Shown here piece after piece: positions 28,607 to 38,572 of a stretch of DNA of 64,000 nt. Where the stretch lies: NCBI GenBank assembly GCA_965233585.1, contig CBDDTI010000729.1:32001-96000 (forward strand), in the 5' to 3' direction. The notes under the pieces were generated by a model that did not search any database, was not told the DNA's origin, and was given only the letters and a program-made list of their open reading frames with translations. Every line of letters begins with the position of its first letter. Position 1 is the first letter of the stretch. Both the position numbers and the translations under genes were made by a program. Source of the stretch: a bacterium (lineage in GTDB: Bacteria > SAR324 > NAC60-12).

Positions 28607-29816
28607 ATTGAAAGGATTGAGTATGACCCTGTCTTCTTGGATTTTTTGATGAAATGTCAACATCATATAAATTTTTGACATTGATGACGCTTTGCTTTCC
28701 GTAAATCTCTCTTGGGTCTTGTTGATTTTCAATACACTGAATCACAGCATCAGCAATCCATTTTTCAATTTTAAGAACCACTGTTTTTTTGCGCAATCTA
28801 CCTTGGTCATCGCGGTTGAGGATATTGGGAATAGTATTTGTCGTGATGAATTGATTCAAACCTTTGGCATTGAGATTTGACCTTCCTTCACTAGAAATGT
28901 AGGTATGAGTGCAATAGAAAAAGATATTAGCAGGCTGAGCTTCTTCTATTAAAAGCTGGACTACTGCTGAAATTGTGACCCCTGTGCGTATCATGTCATC
29001 AAGAATAAAAACGTCTTTTCCCCGAAGTTGTTGGAGGTCATTGCTAGCATTGATTTCCACATCACGTTGCCCATACCTTGTCTTATCCATATTGACTAGG
29101 ACTGAACGATGTAAATTGGTGAACTCTCTCACACGGCTGACAAAATCCACTGCTCCATTGTCAGGCGCTACAAAGCCAATATGTCTGCCTGAATCTTTGA
29201 CATTTGCAAGCCCTGAAGTCAGGATATAGTTGGCAATGATGTGAGCGATGTCCAAATTCATAAATGGGGGTAATTCTTCAAAAAGTTGGGACTCAAAAAC
29301 ATCTTGATAGATCTCTGCCATGACGGCAGGTTTGTGATTGTGAACCGTCATCACCATATCTACACCTGATTCTTTTAAAAGTCTGGCATACAAAAATGCA
29401 GAACAAGGTTGCCCTGCAAATTTTTTGATTGATTTGAAGTCTGTCACTTGTGGATGATTTGTTTTTTGCACACCTCTATCTTGTGCAGAATAAAACAAAT
29501 CTGGCTCAATCAAAATGACATTGTCAGCACCATTTTCTTTTGCGGCTGATGCAATCAAAAAGTTACGTGTTGCTAATTCGTTGCGTGTGTAGTGAGGCGA
29601 GGAAGTGGAAATGATATAAACAGTTTTACCTTTTAACTGTTGACCGATATTTTCTTCTGTGATTTCTCCATAGATGAATCGTGGGCAAAATTCCGTATTT
29701 TTAAAGCTCTTGAGCGAGACTAAATCAAGAATGTCTTCAGCTTGTTGGGCATGGTGAGCCACACCGATTGCAAAAGACGCATCTCCCACATTAGACACAA
29801 CAATTATTTTTTTCAT
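28593..29816 (-). CDS. Ribose-phosphate pyrophosphokinase (PRPP synthetase) family protein, atypically long
   Basis: SFKNTEF, YSAQDR, MTVHNH, VAPDNGA, DKTR, PRPP-binding FILDDMIRTG, CTH, ITTNTIP. Start 29816 avoids overlap with the upstream gene. Confidence 0.8.
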   Translation of the reverse strand: MKKIIVVSNVGDASFAIGVAHHAQQAEDILDLVSLKSFKNTEFCPRFIYGEITEENIGQQLKGKTVYIISTSSPHYTRNELATRNFLIASAAKENGADNVILIEPDLFYSAQDRGVQKTNHPQVTDFKSIKKFAGQPCSAFLYARLLKESGVDMVMTVHNHKPAVMAEIYQDVFESQLFEELPPFMNLDIAHIIANYILTSGLANVKDSGRHIGFVAPDNGAVDFVSRVREFTNLHRSVLVNMDKTRYGQRDVEINASNDLQQLRGKDVFILDDMIRTGVTISAVVQLLIEEAQPANIFFYCTHTYISSEGRSNLNAKGLNQFITTNTIPNILNRDDQGRLRKKTVVLKIEKWIADAVIQCIENQQDPREIYGKQSVINVKNLYDVDISSKNPRRQGHTQSFQYELL

Positions 29817-29832
29817 AAGCGATGATTTTGGT

Positions 29833-30585
29833 TTATTTGATGGCAATAACTCTAATTCTTTGGTAGTCAGCAAACCACTTTCCATTAATGAAACACTGGG
29901 GTTTTAACTTTTGCTGAACCTCATCTTGAATCTCCTCCCTATCTTGAACAAGGACTCCTTCAAAAAAATGTTGGGCAAACATTGAAAGCCAATCTTTGAT
30001 CCCATTCTCTTTGTCTTGTAATTCTGTGGGTCTTTCAAAATGTTGGGCAAAAATCACTTTGAACCCAACTTTTTCAAGCTCTGTTGTGTATTGAGCAATG
30101 GAAGGGAAGTACCATAAATTCAGTTGCGATTGCTTTTGGTAACCTTTGGCAAGCAACGATTTTCTTAACTGATTCAAAATGGCTTCTATGTTGCCCTTTC
30201 CCCCAAATTCAAAGACAATCCTACCTCCTTTTTTTAAATGACGATAAGCACATCTGATGGGGCTTTGATAGTCAGTGACCCAATGAAGAACGGCATTAGA
30301 AAAAATGGCATCAAAGGGGTCTTCAAAATGAAAATGAGTGGCATCTGCAACTTGAAATTGAATTTTTTGATGTTTTGACTTGGCATTTGCAATCATCTCC
30401 GTTGATTGATCAATGCCTATCACCTCATGGCAAAGTTGACTGATTTCAAACGTTAGTTGACCAGAACCACAACCTAAATCTAAAATTTTCTCATGTTTCT
30501 GTGGGTTAAGAAGTTTGATCAAATCTTCACCATACTGATACACAAAAGAATGTTTATCGTTATAAAGTTCAGTATTCCATTTCAT
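29833..30585 (-). CDS. Class I SAM-dependent methyltransferase (Tam-like)
   Basis: ILDLGCGSG, GIDQS.EMI, FDAIFSNAVLHW, FEFGGKGN, WFADYQRIR. Confidence 0.9.
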   Translation of the reverse strand: MKWNTELYNDKHSFVYQYGEDLIKLLNPQKHEKILDLGCGSGQLTFEISQLCHEVIGIDQSTEMIANAKSKHQKIQFQVADATHFHFEDPFDAIFSNAVLHWVTDYQSPIRCAYRHLKKGGRIVFEFGGKGNIEAILNQLRKSLLAKGYQKQSQLNLWYFPSIAQYTTELEKVGFKVIFAQHFERPTELQDKENGIKDWLSMFAQHFFEGVLVQDREEIQDEVQQKLKPQCFINGKWFADYQRIRVIAIK

Positions 30586-30640
30586 CTTTGAATTGTATTT
30601 CTCCTTTAAGGGTTTTCATGCTGTGACGTTGTGATTTAAA

Positions 30641-31831
30641 TCATCCTTTGACATTGAGAACTTGTTTTAAAGTATAAAGAACGTCAACAAGGTCTGTTTG
30701 GTTTTGCATGACAGAATCAATATCTTTGTAGGCGGCAGGGATTTCATCAAGCTGTGCTTGACCTTTGGGACATTCAATGCCTTCTGTTTGTTTGATTAAG
30801 TCAGCCACTGTATATTTTCGCATTGCCGCTTTTCTACCCAGTTTGCGACCTGCTCCATGTGAGCAAGAAGTGAATGAATCAGCATTGCCTTTGCCTTTGA
30901 CAATGTAGCTTTTTGCCCCCATGCTACCCGGTATGATTCCTAAATCGCCTACTCTGGCTCGGATTGCTCCTTTTCTTGTCACGTAAATATTTTTTTGAAA
31001 GTGGTGTTCTTTGGCAATGTAATTGTGATGGCAGTTGACAACCTCTAAAGTGGTATGAAAATCGGGAAAGTAGCGATTCAACACTGATTGAATTTGTTCA
31101 AGCATGACTTGACGATTCAATGCTGCATACTTTTGCGCCCAACTTACCGCCTCTATGTAATCATCAAAAATTTCTGTGTATTCTGAAAAATAAGCAAGGT
31201 CTCTGTCAGGCAAGTATTCCAGAATATGATACCGTTGCAGCTCTTGCTTGGCTTTTTCTATGAAATAACTCCCAATTTTATTGCCTGCCCCTCTTGAGCC
31301 AGAATGTAAGAGAATCCAAACATCATTGTTTTGGTCAAGGCAAAGTTCAATAAAATGATTGCCACCTCCTAATGTTCCAATTTGCTTTGAAACGTGAAGA
31401 GAGGCTGCTGGGGAATGCTTACTTACGATTTTTTCATATTGAGGGAGTAAAGCGTCTTTGATATTTAGAGGAATTTCTGCCCATGTCTTTTGGGTGTTGC
31501 CTCTGCCTACAGGAACAGCCTTTTCAATATCCAAACGTATTGCTCGCAAACTATCAGGCAAACGATTAGCTGTCAGATTCGTTCGTGCAGCTAACATACC
31601 GCAGCCAATGTCAACTCCAACAGAGGCAGGAATGATCGCTTGAAACGTTGGAATGACTGACCCAACAGTAGACCCTAACCCCCAATGCACATCAGGCATT
31701 GCCGCAATATGATGATGAATGAATTTAAGCTGAGCCAAGTTTTCTAACTGCATAATCGCACCCTGCTCAATCTCATCTGTCCAAATTTTCACAGGCACAC
31801 GACCCTCTGTCAGTACTTGTTTAATTGGCAT
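30641..31831 (-). CDS. rtcB: RtcB RNA ligase (2',3'-cyclic phosphate/5'-OH)
   Basis: MPDVHWG.G, VGVDIGCG, GTLGGGNHF, LHSGSRG, NCHHNY, TRKGA, PGSMG, SCSHGAGR, AYKDI. Confidence 0.96.
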   Translation of the reverse strand: MPIKQVLTEGRVPVKIWTDEIEQGAIMQLENLAQLKFIHHHIAAMPDVHWGLGSTVGSVIPTFQAIIPASVGVDIGCGMLAARTNLTANRLPDSLRAIRLDIEKAVPVGRGNTQKTWAEIPLNIKDALLPQYEKIVSKHSPAASLHVSKQIGTLGGGNHFIELCLDQNNDVWILLHSGSRGAGNKIGSYFIEKAKQELQRYHILEYLPDRDLAYFSEYTEIFDDYIEAVSWAQKYAALNRQVMLEQIQSVLNRYFPDFHTTLEVVNCHHNYIAKEHHFQKNIYVTRKGAIRARVGDLGIIPGSMGAKSYIVKGKGNADSFTSCSHGAGRKLGRKAAMRKYTVADLIKQTEGIECPKGQAQLDEIPAAYKDIDSVMQNQTDLVDVLYTLKQVLNVKG

Positions 31832-31890
31832 GATTCTTTCTGTTTGTGGACTTTAACACCTTTCAAACCATCAACATTCATTCTCCAATT

Positions 31891-32199
31891 TCAAAGTTGG
31901 ACAAAAACTTGTCCGTTTCTTTGAATATGTTCTTTTAGGGCAGGATTCTTAATGTTTTTCCAATATTGAATATCACAAAGGTAGGGGAAGTTTGACTCTT
32001 CTATTGTAGTTTTAAGTTCAGCTAAAAGGTGTCTGTCCTCACAGCAAGCACCTTTGATGACCAAATCCACATCACTTCTTGAATGAAAGATTTCCTTTGC
32101 TCTTGAACCATAAATAATCACTTGACCTTGAGAAAAATATCGCTTCAAAATCTCTCTCAATATGGTTTCTTGTGTTTCTGTGAGACCCCAATTAGTCAT
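31891..32199 (-). CDS. Minimal nucleotidyltransferase (MNT) antitoxin
   Basis: IYGSRAK....SDVDL (GS-x10-DxD); 102 aa; overlaps the HEPN gene. Confidence 0.85.
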   Translation of the reverse strand: MTNWGLTETQETILREILKRYFSQGQVIIYGSRAKEIFHSRSDVDLVIKGACCEDRHLLAELKTTIEESNFPYLCDIQYWKNIKNPALKEHIQRNGQVFVQL

Positions 32200-32617
32200 T
32201 TAAAGATGCTTCTAAGAGTTTTAAATAAAAACTATCTAAACAAGAAAAATAGTCGTTTTGAATAGACTTTAAAACTTCTTCAAAAGACTCAAAATCATAG
32301 CTGTGACTCGTCAAATTTCTGTCATTCACCATCTTAAGCCAAACCTCAATGTCATCAATATATTTTGCTTGAAAAGCTTTTTTTAAAATAACTTTGGGAG
32401 AAACTAGCCCAAATGAAAATCCATCAAATTCCATTTTGTCCTTCAATGTTTTCCAAGCTAGTTCCAAAGTAAAGTGAAACCTTTGAATAGCACCTTCTTT
32501 CTCTAATTGGCTGAACTGTTGACCTTCAGCTTGTGCTTCTACAACAGACCTCAATAATTTAAAAGCTCTCTCAAAGTTTTGAAAGCGTTGCTTCCATCTA
32601 ATTTCTTCTGTTGTCAT
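32192..32617 (-). CDS. HEPN / HI0074-family nucleotidyltransferase substrate-binding protein (toxin)
   Basis: RWKQRFQNF, EGAIQRF.FTLELAWKTLK, DRNLTSHSY (R-x4-H-x-Y). Confidence 0.9.
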   Translation of the reverse strand: MTTEEIRWKQRFQNFERAFKLLRSVVEAQAEGQQFSQLEKEGAIQRFHFTLELAWKTLKDKMEFDGFSFGLVSPKVILKKAFQAKYIDDIEVWLKMVNDRNLTSHSYDFESFEEVLKSIQNDYFSCLDSFYLKLLEASLND

Positions 32618-32628
32618 CGTGATACAAT

Positions 32629-33729
32629 CTACAAAATTTGTTCTAAAATTTGCAAGACTTGGTCATTTTGTGATGCCGTGCCAATGGTGATTCTGAAAGC
32701 ATTGAAGGCGGGAAAGTTCCTGATAATGATGCCTTTTTGCAACAGGGCTTGTGCAATTTCAGTAGAGTTAACAGTATCTGGCAAGGTGGCAGTGATGAAG
32801 TTGGTGTAACTTTCAATGTATTCAATCTTTTTTTGTTTGAAAAAAGTTTCATAGCGGGTCATTTGCTGAAAATTATCAGCGACACTGCTTTCAACAAAAT
32901 CTTGGTCTTGCAATGCCAGTTGGGCGGCTTGTAGAGATAAAGAAGTGATGTTAAATGGAGGTCTCAATTTATGCAGAGTCTTGATGATAGACTCATTTGC
33001 CAAACCATAGCCAACCCGAAGACCTCCTAATCCGTATGCTTTAGAAAATGTGCCAAGATAAATGACATGGTCAAACTCTTCTAACAAATCCTTTGGCTGA
33101 ATCCATTTGTTCTGGTCTTTAAATTTTGCATATTCTTGGTAAGCACCATCAACGACAACCAATGTGTCTTGATTGTAGGTTTGAATCAAATCATAGACTT
33201 CCTGCTTGTCCAAGCATTCCCCCAAAGGATTATTAGGCACACACAAAAAAACAATATCAGGTTTGTGTTTTTGGTAGAGGTCTTGAAACTCTTGGAAGCG
33301 ATGTTGTTGAGAAGGTGTTTTGGTAGTTTGCACCCCATGAATGTTGGCACAAATCTCGTACATTGGAAAGGTCAAGCCACTGATGAGCATCTTAGAAAGA
33401 TTTTTTTTGAGTTCAGCTTTGGCTTGAATACAAAAGTGAATGATTTGGTCACTTCCACAACCAATGATGACCTGTTCCCTACCAATTCCAAAATGATGGC
33501 TCAAGTTCTCTTTCAGTTCATGGTAACTGTCATCTGGATAAAGGGGGATTTGTTTGGATAAAATCGCTTGAATACCCTGATTCACTACTGGTGAACAACC
33601 ATGAGGATTCTCATTAGACGCCAGTTTAATCACTTGTTGTGGTTGGATTCCAAACTCCCTAACCACCAACTCAACTGGTTTGCCTGCTTCATAAACTTGG
33701 ACATTTTCTAAATGTTGATTGAATTGCAT
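32629..33729 (-). CDS. hisC: Histidinol-phosphate aminotransferase
   Basis: KLASNENP, YPD, PNNP.G, VVDGAY, TFSKAYGLGGLRVGY, RITIG. Confidence 0.93.
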   Translation of the reverse strand: MQFNQHLENVQVYEAGKPVELVVREFGIQPQQVIKLASNENPHGCSPVVNQGIQAILSKQIPLYPDDSYHELKENLSHHFGIGREQVIIGCGSDQIIHFCIQAKAELKKNLSKMLISGLTFPMYEICANIHGVQTTKTPSQQHRFQEFQDLYQKHKPDIVFLCVPNNPLGECLDKQEVYDLIQTYNQDTLVVVDGAYQEYAKFKDQNKWIQPKDLLEEFDHVIYLGTFSKAYGLGGLRVGYGLANESIIKTLHKLRPPFNITSLSLQAAQLALQDQDFVESSVADNFQQMTRYETFFKQKKIEYIESYTNFITATLPDTVNSTEIAQALLQKGIIIRNFPAFNAFRITIGTASQNDQVLQILEQIL

Positions 33730-33759
33730 CACTCACTCCTTCAATTTTTCAAAAATCGT

Positions 33760-35469
33760 TCACTCAAATTTTAGTTTTTCATAGGTAAAAATGCGTTCTT
33801 CATAGGACTCTGGGACATTTTTAAAAAAGCGGTCTTTAAACCAATCTACTTCCCAAGCGGCATGGTCTGCTTTAAAAGTTCTTTGTTGTAAATGACCATC
33901 GCGATTATCTACGGCATCAATCTCAGGGCAAAGGTCATCACAAACCCAAGCAGGCAGATCAATCGTCAACATCAAACTTGGGCTGATTTGAAGTTCTCCT
34001 TTCTGGTTAAAATCTTTGATTAAAATTAAGGGATTCCAACGTCCATCTATTTTCACTTGGTAATCTTCCAAATGATGAATGTTTGCCTCACCTGTGCTAC
34101 TTGCTCCATGGTCTGACATAATCACAATGCGTGTTCTATCATAAGCCCCAGACTCTTTCAATTTTTGGAGAAAGTTTGTCACAATTTTCATGGCACAACC
34201 ATAAGTATAAGAAGCTCGCTCTCTTTCTTCTTCAGGAGATTGAGAATTTTGATGAGCCAGACGAAGGCTTCTTTGACAATTTTGAGCTTTTGTGTAGGGA
34301 CCATGAGTTTCATTGGTATGAAACATGTTTAAGGTGGGAGGATAATTGTCTTGGATTACAACAGACTCCATGATGTCGTCAAATTGCCCATGACGCAGGT
34401 AAATGTCGCCAACCCGCCATCTTCCCTTTGAATTACGATAGATGTAAGGCTTTAAAAACAAAGGCATTCCACGCAATAAAGAAAGATTCAGTAAAAAATT
34501 ATGATTCAAAGAAACCCCTCCCGAATAGGAGGATAGAAAATCCATTTTTTCTGGAACGAAAGGGAATGTGTAGTCCGCTAATAAAAACACTTTAGCTCCG
34601 TCATCGTGGTATCTTTTTAAGAACGAATTGGACATCACCTCTGCTGTTAGGTCTGCCACTCTAAGCTTAGGGTTTTGTTGTGCTAAAGAATTAAGATATT
34701 GCAAATTGTATTTTTTACCCGACACCATTTTGTAGATGTTAGCCACTGTGCCTTCCCCCACAGCTTGAGCATAAGGATACCAAGTAAAGCCATCTAGTTC
34801 GGGTTTCACTTCAGGATAATTTTCAAAAACTTGGGGCAGAATATCACCCTGAAACATATCTAAAACGAAAATGATAGTATTCGGATTATTCTGTGAAACA
34901 ACATAATGCTTTCCCTTTGACTTAGAAGAAATTTGAGTTCTGTTGAGATACACCCCCTCCACTAAGAAAGTGAAACTTGCAAGCAAGAGCGATGCGATTA
35001 AGTGTTTGGTTTTGATCTTCTTAGCGATTAGAAGAAAGGCAATAAAAAAAGCAAAATAAAGGATTAAAGAAATCCAAATTTCTTGGCTGGTGATTTTAAA
35101 ATTTTCAAAGCTGACCCCTTGTAGTTTTCCAAATCTTGCCAAAATATCCACTCTAAAAAGTCCGTAGAATATACAAGATGCTGTCCAGTAGTAGAAACCA
35201 TATGACACAAAGCGAAGGATTGGACGAGTCCTTTTGACTAAATAAAGGAGTTTATAAGGAATGTATAGAAGAAAAGAAGTAACAACAACCAGAGCCAAAC
35301 CTGTGAAAAAAGTCTCATCAGACACTAAAATTTCAAGTGTATTCCCAGAAAGAATTTTGGCTGGAAAATAAAAAACAAAGGTCAGAAGAAACAAAAACAT
35401 TGAGCCAAAAAATAACTTCTCATCATCATGTTTAACTAACTTTTGCAAATTCAAAATGAAAGATTTCAT
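33760..35469 (-). CDS. Membrane-anchored sulfatase/alkaline-phosphatase superfamily protein (LTA synthase-like transferase)
   Basis: About 5 N-terminal TM helices; IIFVLDMFQ, candidate Thr nucleophile (GEGT), THGPY, IMSDHG. Confidence 0.7.
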   Translation of the reverse strand: MKSFILNLQKLVKHDDEKLFFGSMFLFLLTFVFYFPAKILSGNTLEILVSDETFFTGLALVVVTSFLLYIPYKLLYLVKRTRPILRFVSYGFYYWTASCIFYGLFRVDILARFGKLQGVSFENFKITSQEIWISLILYFAFFIAFLLIAKKIKTKHLIASLLLASFTFLVEGVYLNRTQISSKSKGKHYVVSQNNPNTIIFVLDMFQGDILPQVFENYPEVKPELDGFTWYPYAQAVGEGTVANIYKMVSGKKYNLQYLNSLAQQNPKLRVADLTAEVMSNSFLKRYHDDGAKVFLLADYTFPFVPEKMDFLSSYSGGVSLNHNFLLNLSLLRGMPLFLKPYIYRNSKGRWRVGDIYLRHGQFDDIMESVVIQDNYPPTLNMFHTNETHGPYTKAQNCQRSLRLAHQNSQSPEEERERASYTYGCAMKIVTNFLQKLKESGAYDRTRIVIMSDHGASSTGEANIHHLEDYQVKIDGRWNPLILIKDFNQKGELQISPSLMLTIDLPAWVCDDLCPEIDAVDNRDGHLQQRTFKADHAAWEVDWFKDRFFKNVPESYEERIFTYEKLKFE

Positions 35470-37478
35470 CGTTGTATGATGTTAATGGGTTGCGTCTCAC
35501 ATAAACGGAAGAGGTCATGGCAAACTTTGACATTGACAAAATTCGTCTCTACTTCCTTAGAATACTTTTTTTTAAAAAAACGTTTCAGATGCGGGCTAAA
35601 CATCAAAGCACGTTCGTATGCAGCAAAATAATCTTCGTTGCGTTGAGCAACATATTTCTGAATGTCTTTTTGTTTTGGCAGCTGAAGGTCTCCCATCGGA
35701 CACAAAGCACGTGCAATGCTGTAAAAAATATCTTCCACAATCGTCCAGTAGTCCAACAATCCTTGAATGTAAGAATATTTTTCAAAAAATGCTTTTTGCA
35801 ATGCACCACACTTTTCAAAAAACATAGCAGGCAAAAGCCTACCTGCACCGTCAACAATGGGACGTTGGTCGTTGACTAAATGTTGAAGTTGCCCAATTTG
35901 TTCACACGCTAGTGGGTAAAGTTCCAGTAACTTAATGACATATTTTTCAGGAATCTGTTTGGATTGCTTAAATTGTTCTAACAATTTTTGGATATGTTCT
36001 TCTGTCAAATTCAAGGCAGTCAAATAAGCAAAGGATATAAAAATTCTTCCTTCACGCAAACCGGGGGATTGCGGACGGTGAATTTGAATGGGGATTCTTG
36101 CAAACTCAATCAATTCAGGAAACGTCAAAGTTCCCCTGACGTCCCAGTTGTGAATGACTTGGTCTAAAAGATTGGTATCTTGTACAATCAAGATGCGTTT
36201 AGAAGATTTGTGGTCTTCCAAATCTTTCAAACTTAACGCATCAACAAGATTGGGAATTGCGATTTCTTTTGGTGCTTCTGGCTCTTTTTTTTGTTGACTG
36301 GAAGCAGGACTTTCCTTTGGAACAGAAGAACGAGTTTCCTCAATTTGTGTCCCTACATTCTTTGACGGTTTAACCTGATCACTTGGGGCTTCCTCCGTTT
36401 GAAAATCAGGGGGAGGAATGTCAAACGAAGCCCCAAAGATTTGGCGAATGTTCTGCTCAATACTGGAATCTTCTGCAATTTTATGGTCTTCTGCAAGTGT
36501 CTTAATGGTTTGATATAAATTGGCAAGCCATTTGCGACCATAATCGTTCTTGACTCCCTCAAAATGCTTTCCAATAAAAACGTACATGTTAGCAAGCACT
36601 TGAATATTGAATCTATAAAGATAATCTATCACGTAGCGTTGGTCAGTTGGTATCAGACTTCCTAAAAAAATAGACTTGCGAAAAGCAGAACGGATTTGCT
36701 TATACTGCTTAAAGAAACGTTTGACGTCATTTGACAAAACGATTGCCGCTTCTCTTTCTCGTTGAGCCTCTACTGTGTCCTTCGCCTCTTTTTCATGGAA
36801 AAGAGGTACTTTCTGGAAATCAAATAGAATTTTTTGTAAATTCACAGGAATCACCAGTTCTTTTTGAAAATAAAACACTAATAGACGACAAAAGACACGA
36901 TACAACATTCGCATATTCAGCAAAGCATTGACTTGATTGGGGTCATGCTGAAGCTGGTTAAGCAAATATTGGGTCATGTTTAAATATTTAAGGTAGCCAT
37001 CACGGCTTAATTTGATGTCTGACCCAAAAACAAGCTGAAGTTTCGTTTTTTCTTGTTCAGGTAAAAACAGATAATTGCAAAAGCGATAAATTTGGTTTTG
37101 AATCAAAAAATGGCTGTGAGTCGTCGCTTCTTCCTGTTTTGACTTTTGTGCAGCAATGAGTCTATCAATGAATTTTGCGCAGTGTTGTAATCCTTCTTGA
37201 TAAATGATGGCTTCTTCAACTCCATCAATTTGAGTTTGAGGGGCTTGAACCAGTGCATAGTATTTTTCTGAAGACGCTTGTTGTGCCTGCTTTTGAAGTA
37301 ATTGCTTAAAATGGTCTTCTGAACCCGAATGATGCTCAAAATAATGCTTTTCTTGATATTCTGCATCAAACTGTTGATTGTAGTTCAAAAAGAAATTGAG
37401 TTGATCTGCAAGTTCTTGAGGATTTGGAAAAACAATATCCCCAGTCAATGTTTCAGCAGTGATCACACCTTTTGCCAC
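35466..37478 (-). CDS. Hypothetical protein (670 aa)
   Basis: Long ORF with a central low-complexity linker; overlaps the next gene by 4 bp; no recognised motif. Confidence 0.75.
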   Translation of the reverse strand: MAKGVITAETLTGDIVFPNPQELADQLNFFLNYNQQFDAEYQEKHYFEHHSGSEDHFKQLLQKQAQQASSEKYYALVQAPQTQIDGVEEAIIYQEGLQHCAKFIDRLIAAQKSKQEEATTHSHFLIQNQIYRFCNYLFLPEQEKTKLQLVFGSDIKLSRDGYLKYLNMTQYLLNQLQHDPNQVNALLNMRMLYRVFCRLLVFYFQKELVIPVNLQKILFDFQKVPLFHEKEAKDTVEAQREREAAIVLSNDVKRFFKQYKQIRSAFRKSIFLGSLIPTDQRYVIDYLYRFNIQVLANMYVFIGKHFEGVKNDYGRKWLANLYQTIKTLAEDHKIAEDSSIEQNIRQIFGASFDIPPPDFQTEEAPSDQVKPSKNVGTQIEETRSSVPKESPASSQQKKEPEAPKEIAIPNLVDALSLKDLEDHKSSKRILIVQDTNLLDQVIHNWDVRGTLTFPELIEFARIPIQIHRPQSPGLREGRIFISFAYLTALNLTEEHIQKLLEQFKQSKQIPEKYVIKLLELYPLACEQIGQLQHLVNDQRPIVDGAGRLLPAMFFEKCGALQKAFFEKYSYIQGLLDYWTIVEDIFYSIARALCPMGDLQLPKQKDIQKYVAQRNEDYFAAYERALMFSPHLKRFFKKKYSKEVETNFVNVKVCHDLFRLCETQPINIIQR

Positions 37479-37850
37479 AAGCCCTTATTCTAAAGTAAAA
37501 TGATTGACAAGACAACCGACTGCATTCAAGAAATAGTCCAAATTAAAATTTTGAAGTTTTGACAAAAATTGCAAGCATCTTGCATTGTCAGAAAGATTCA
37601 ATATTTTCTTTGACCAAAAAACGAAAAATGTATCCGATTTATCAAGAAAAACCAATAGGTATGATTATGATAGAGAGACGACTCAAAGCTCGTTCTTTTC
37701 AAAAACAACAAGCCACTAGAAGAATGTTAGATGAATCGCAAAGCAGGGCGATTGCAAGGCAGAATGCAACAGAACAGATTATATTCATGCCCCGTACTAG
37801 CAGCAAAAAGATCAGCCCGCTGAGAGTCAAACGTCCTATTTAAAATAAAC

Positions 37851-37878
37851 TTGACATGCTTCACAGATAAGCTAGAAT
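37851..37878 (+). promoter_or_regulatory. Promoter of the tRNA gene
   Basis: TTGACA, 16 bp, TAGAAT, 15 bp upstream of the tRNA. Confidence 0.65.
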
Positions 37879-37892
37879 ACTCTGTTTTGCTT

Positions 37893-37968
37893 GGGTTGGT
37901 AGCTCAGCTGGTAGAGCATCTGACTTTTAATCAGGAGGTCCAGGGTTCGACTCCCTGCCAACCCACCA
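37893..37968 (+). tRNA. tRNA-Lys (UUU)
   Basis: GGGTTGG/CCAACCC acceptor stem, D-arm AGCTCAGCTGGTAGAGC, anticodon loop CTTTTAA, GGTTCGAC T-loop, encoded CCA; 76 nt. Confidence 0.97.
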
Positions 37969-37979
37969 AAAATGACCCT

Positions 37980-38525
37980 TCAAGCGCATCTTAAAAATTC
38001 CTCACGAAGCCGATTTTGTTTGAATACACCGCCTAGACTGTAAGTTGTCATCTGTCCGTTGTGCTGAACCCCCCTTAAACTCATGCACATATGAGTTGCT
38101 CTAATCAAAACACCAACACCTTGAGGAGCTAGCTCTGACTCTAACCTTTTGAGAATTTCTTGAGTGAGTTTTTCTTGGACTTGTGGCTTTCTTGAGTAGT
38201 AATTGACAATGCGTGAAAGTTTTGAAAGCCCACACAATTTTTTTGAGGGAATATAGGCAACGGTTGCCTCTCCTGTAAAAGGCAAGAGGTGATGCGCACA
38301 AAGGGAATGAACAGGAATGTTTTGAAGCATGACCATAGAGTCATCATGGTCTTGATTTTCAAACGTAGTGAAGCAAAAATTTTCTGGTTCTAAACCGAGA
38401 CAAAGTTCCTGAGACCAAGCTTTGGCAGTGCGTTCAGCAGTTTGACAAAAGTGATCAGAAGTTTGGTCTACTCCCAGACCCTCAAGCAATTTTTCAAAAC
38501 CTTCTTTTATCTTTTCATAATCCAT
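37980..38525 (-). CDS. folE: GTP cyclohydrolase I
   Basis: SLCAHHLLPF.G, GLSKLSRIV, PQVQEKLT, HMCMSLRGV. Confidence 0.95.
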   Translation of the reverse strand: MDYEKIKEGFEKLLEGLGVDQTSDHFCQTAERTAKAWSQELCLGLEPENFCFTTFENQDHDDSMVMLQNIPVHSLCAHHLLPFTGEATVAYIPSKKLCGLSKLSRIVNYYSRKPQVQEKLTQEILKRLESELAPQGVGVLIRATHMCMSLRGVQHNGQMTTYSLGGVFKQNRLREEFLRCA

Positions 38526-38572
38526 TGCAATCCGTATGATATTTAACCAGCATTTCTTTCCTTAAAATTCTC

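Noticed and set aside
37559..37843. 94-aa ORF upstream of the tRNA
   Set aside because: TTG start in a divergent promoter region and no motif; a shorter peptide from ~37660 cannot be excluded but is unsupported.
37893..37968. tRNA-Lys as an island integration site
   Set aside because: No integrase and no duplicated tRNA 3' end were seen; the flanks are core genes.
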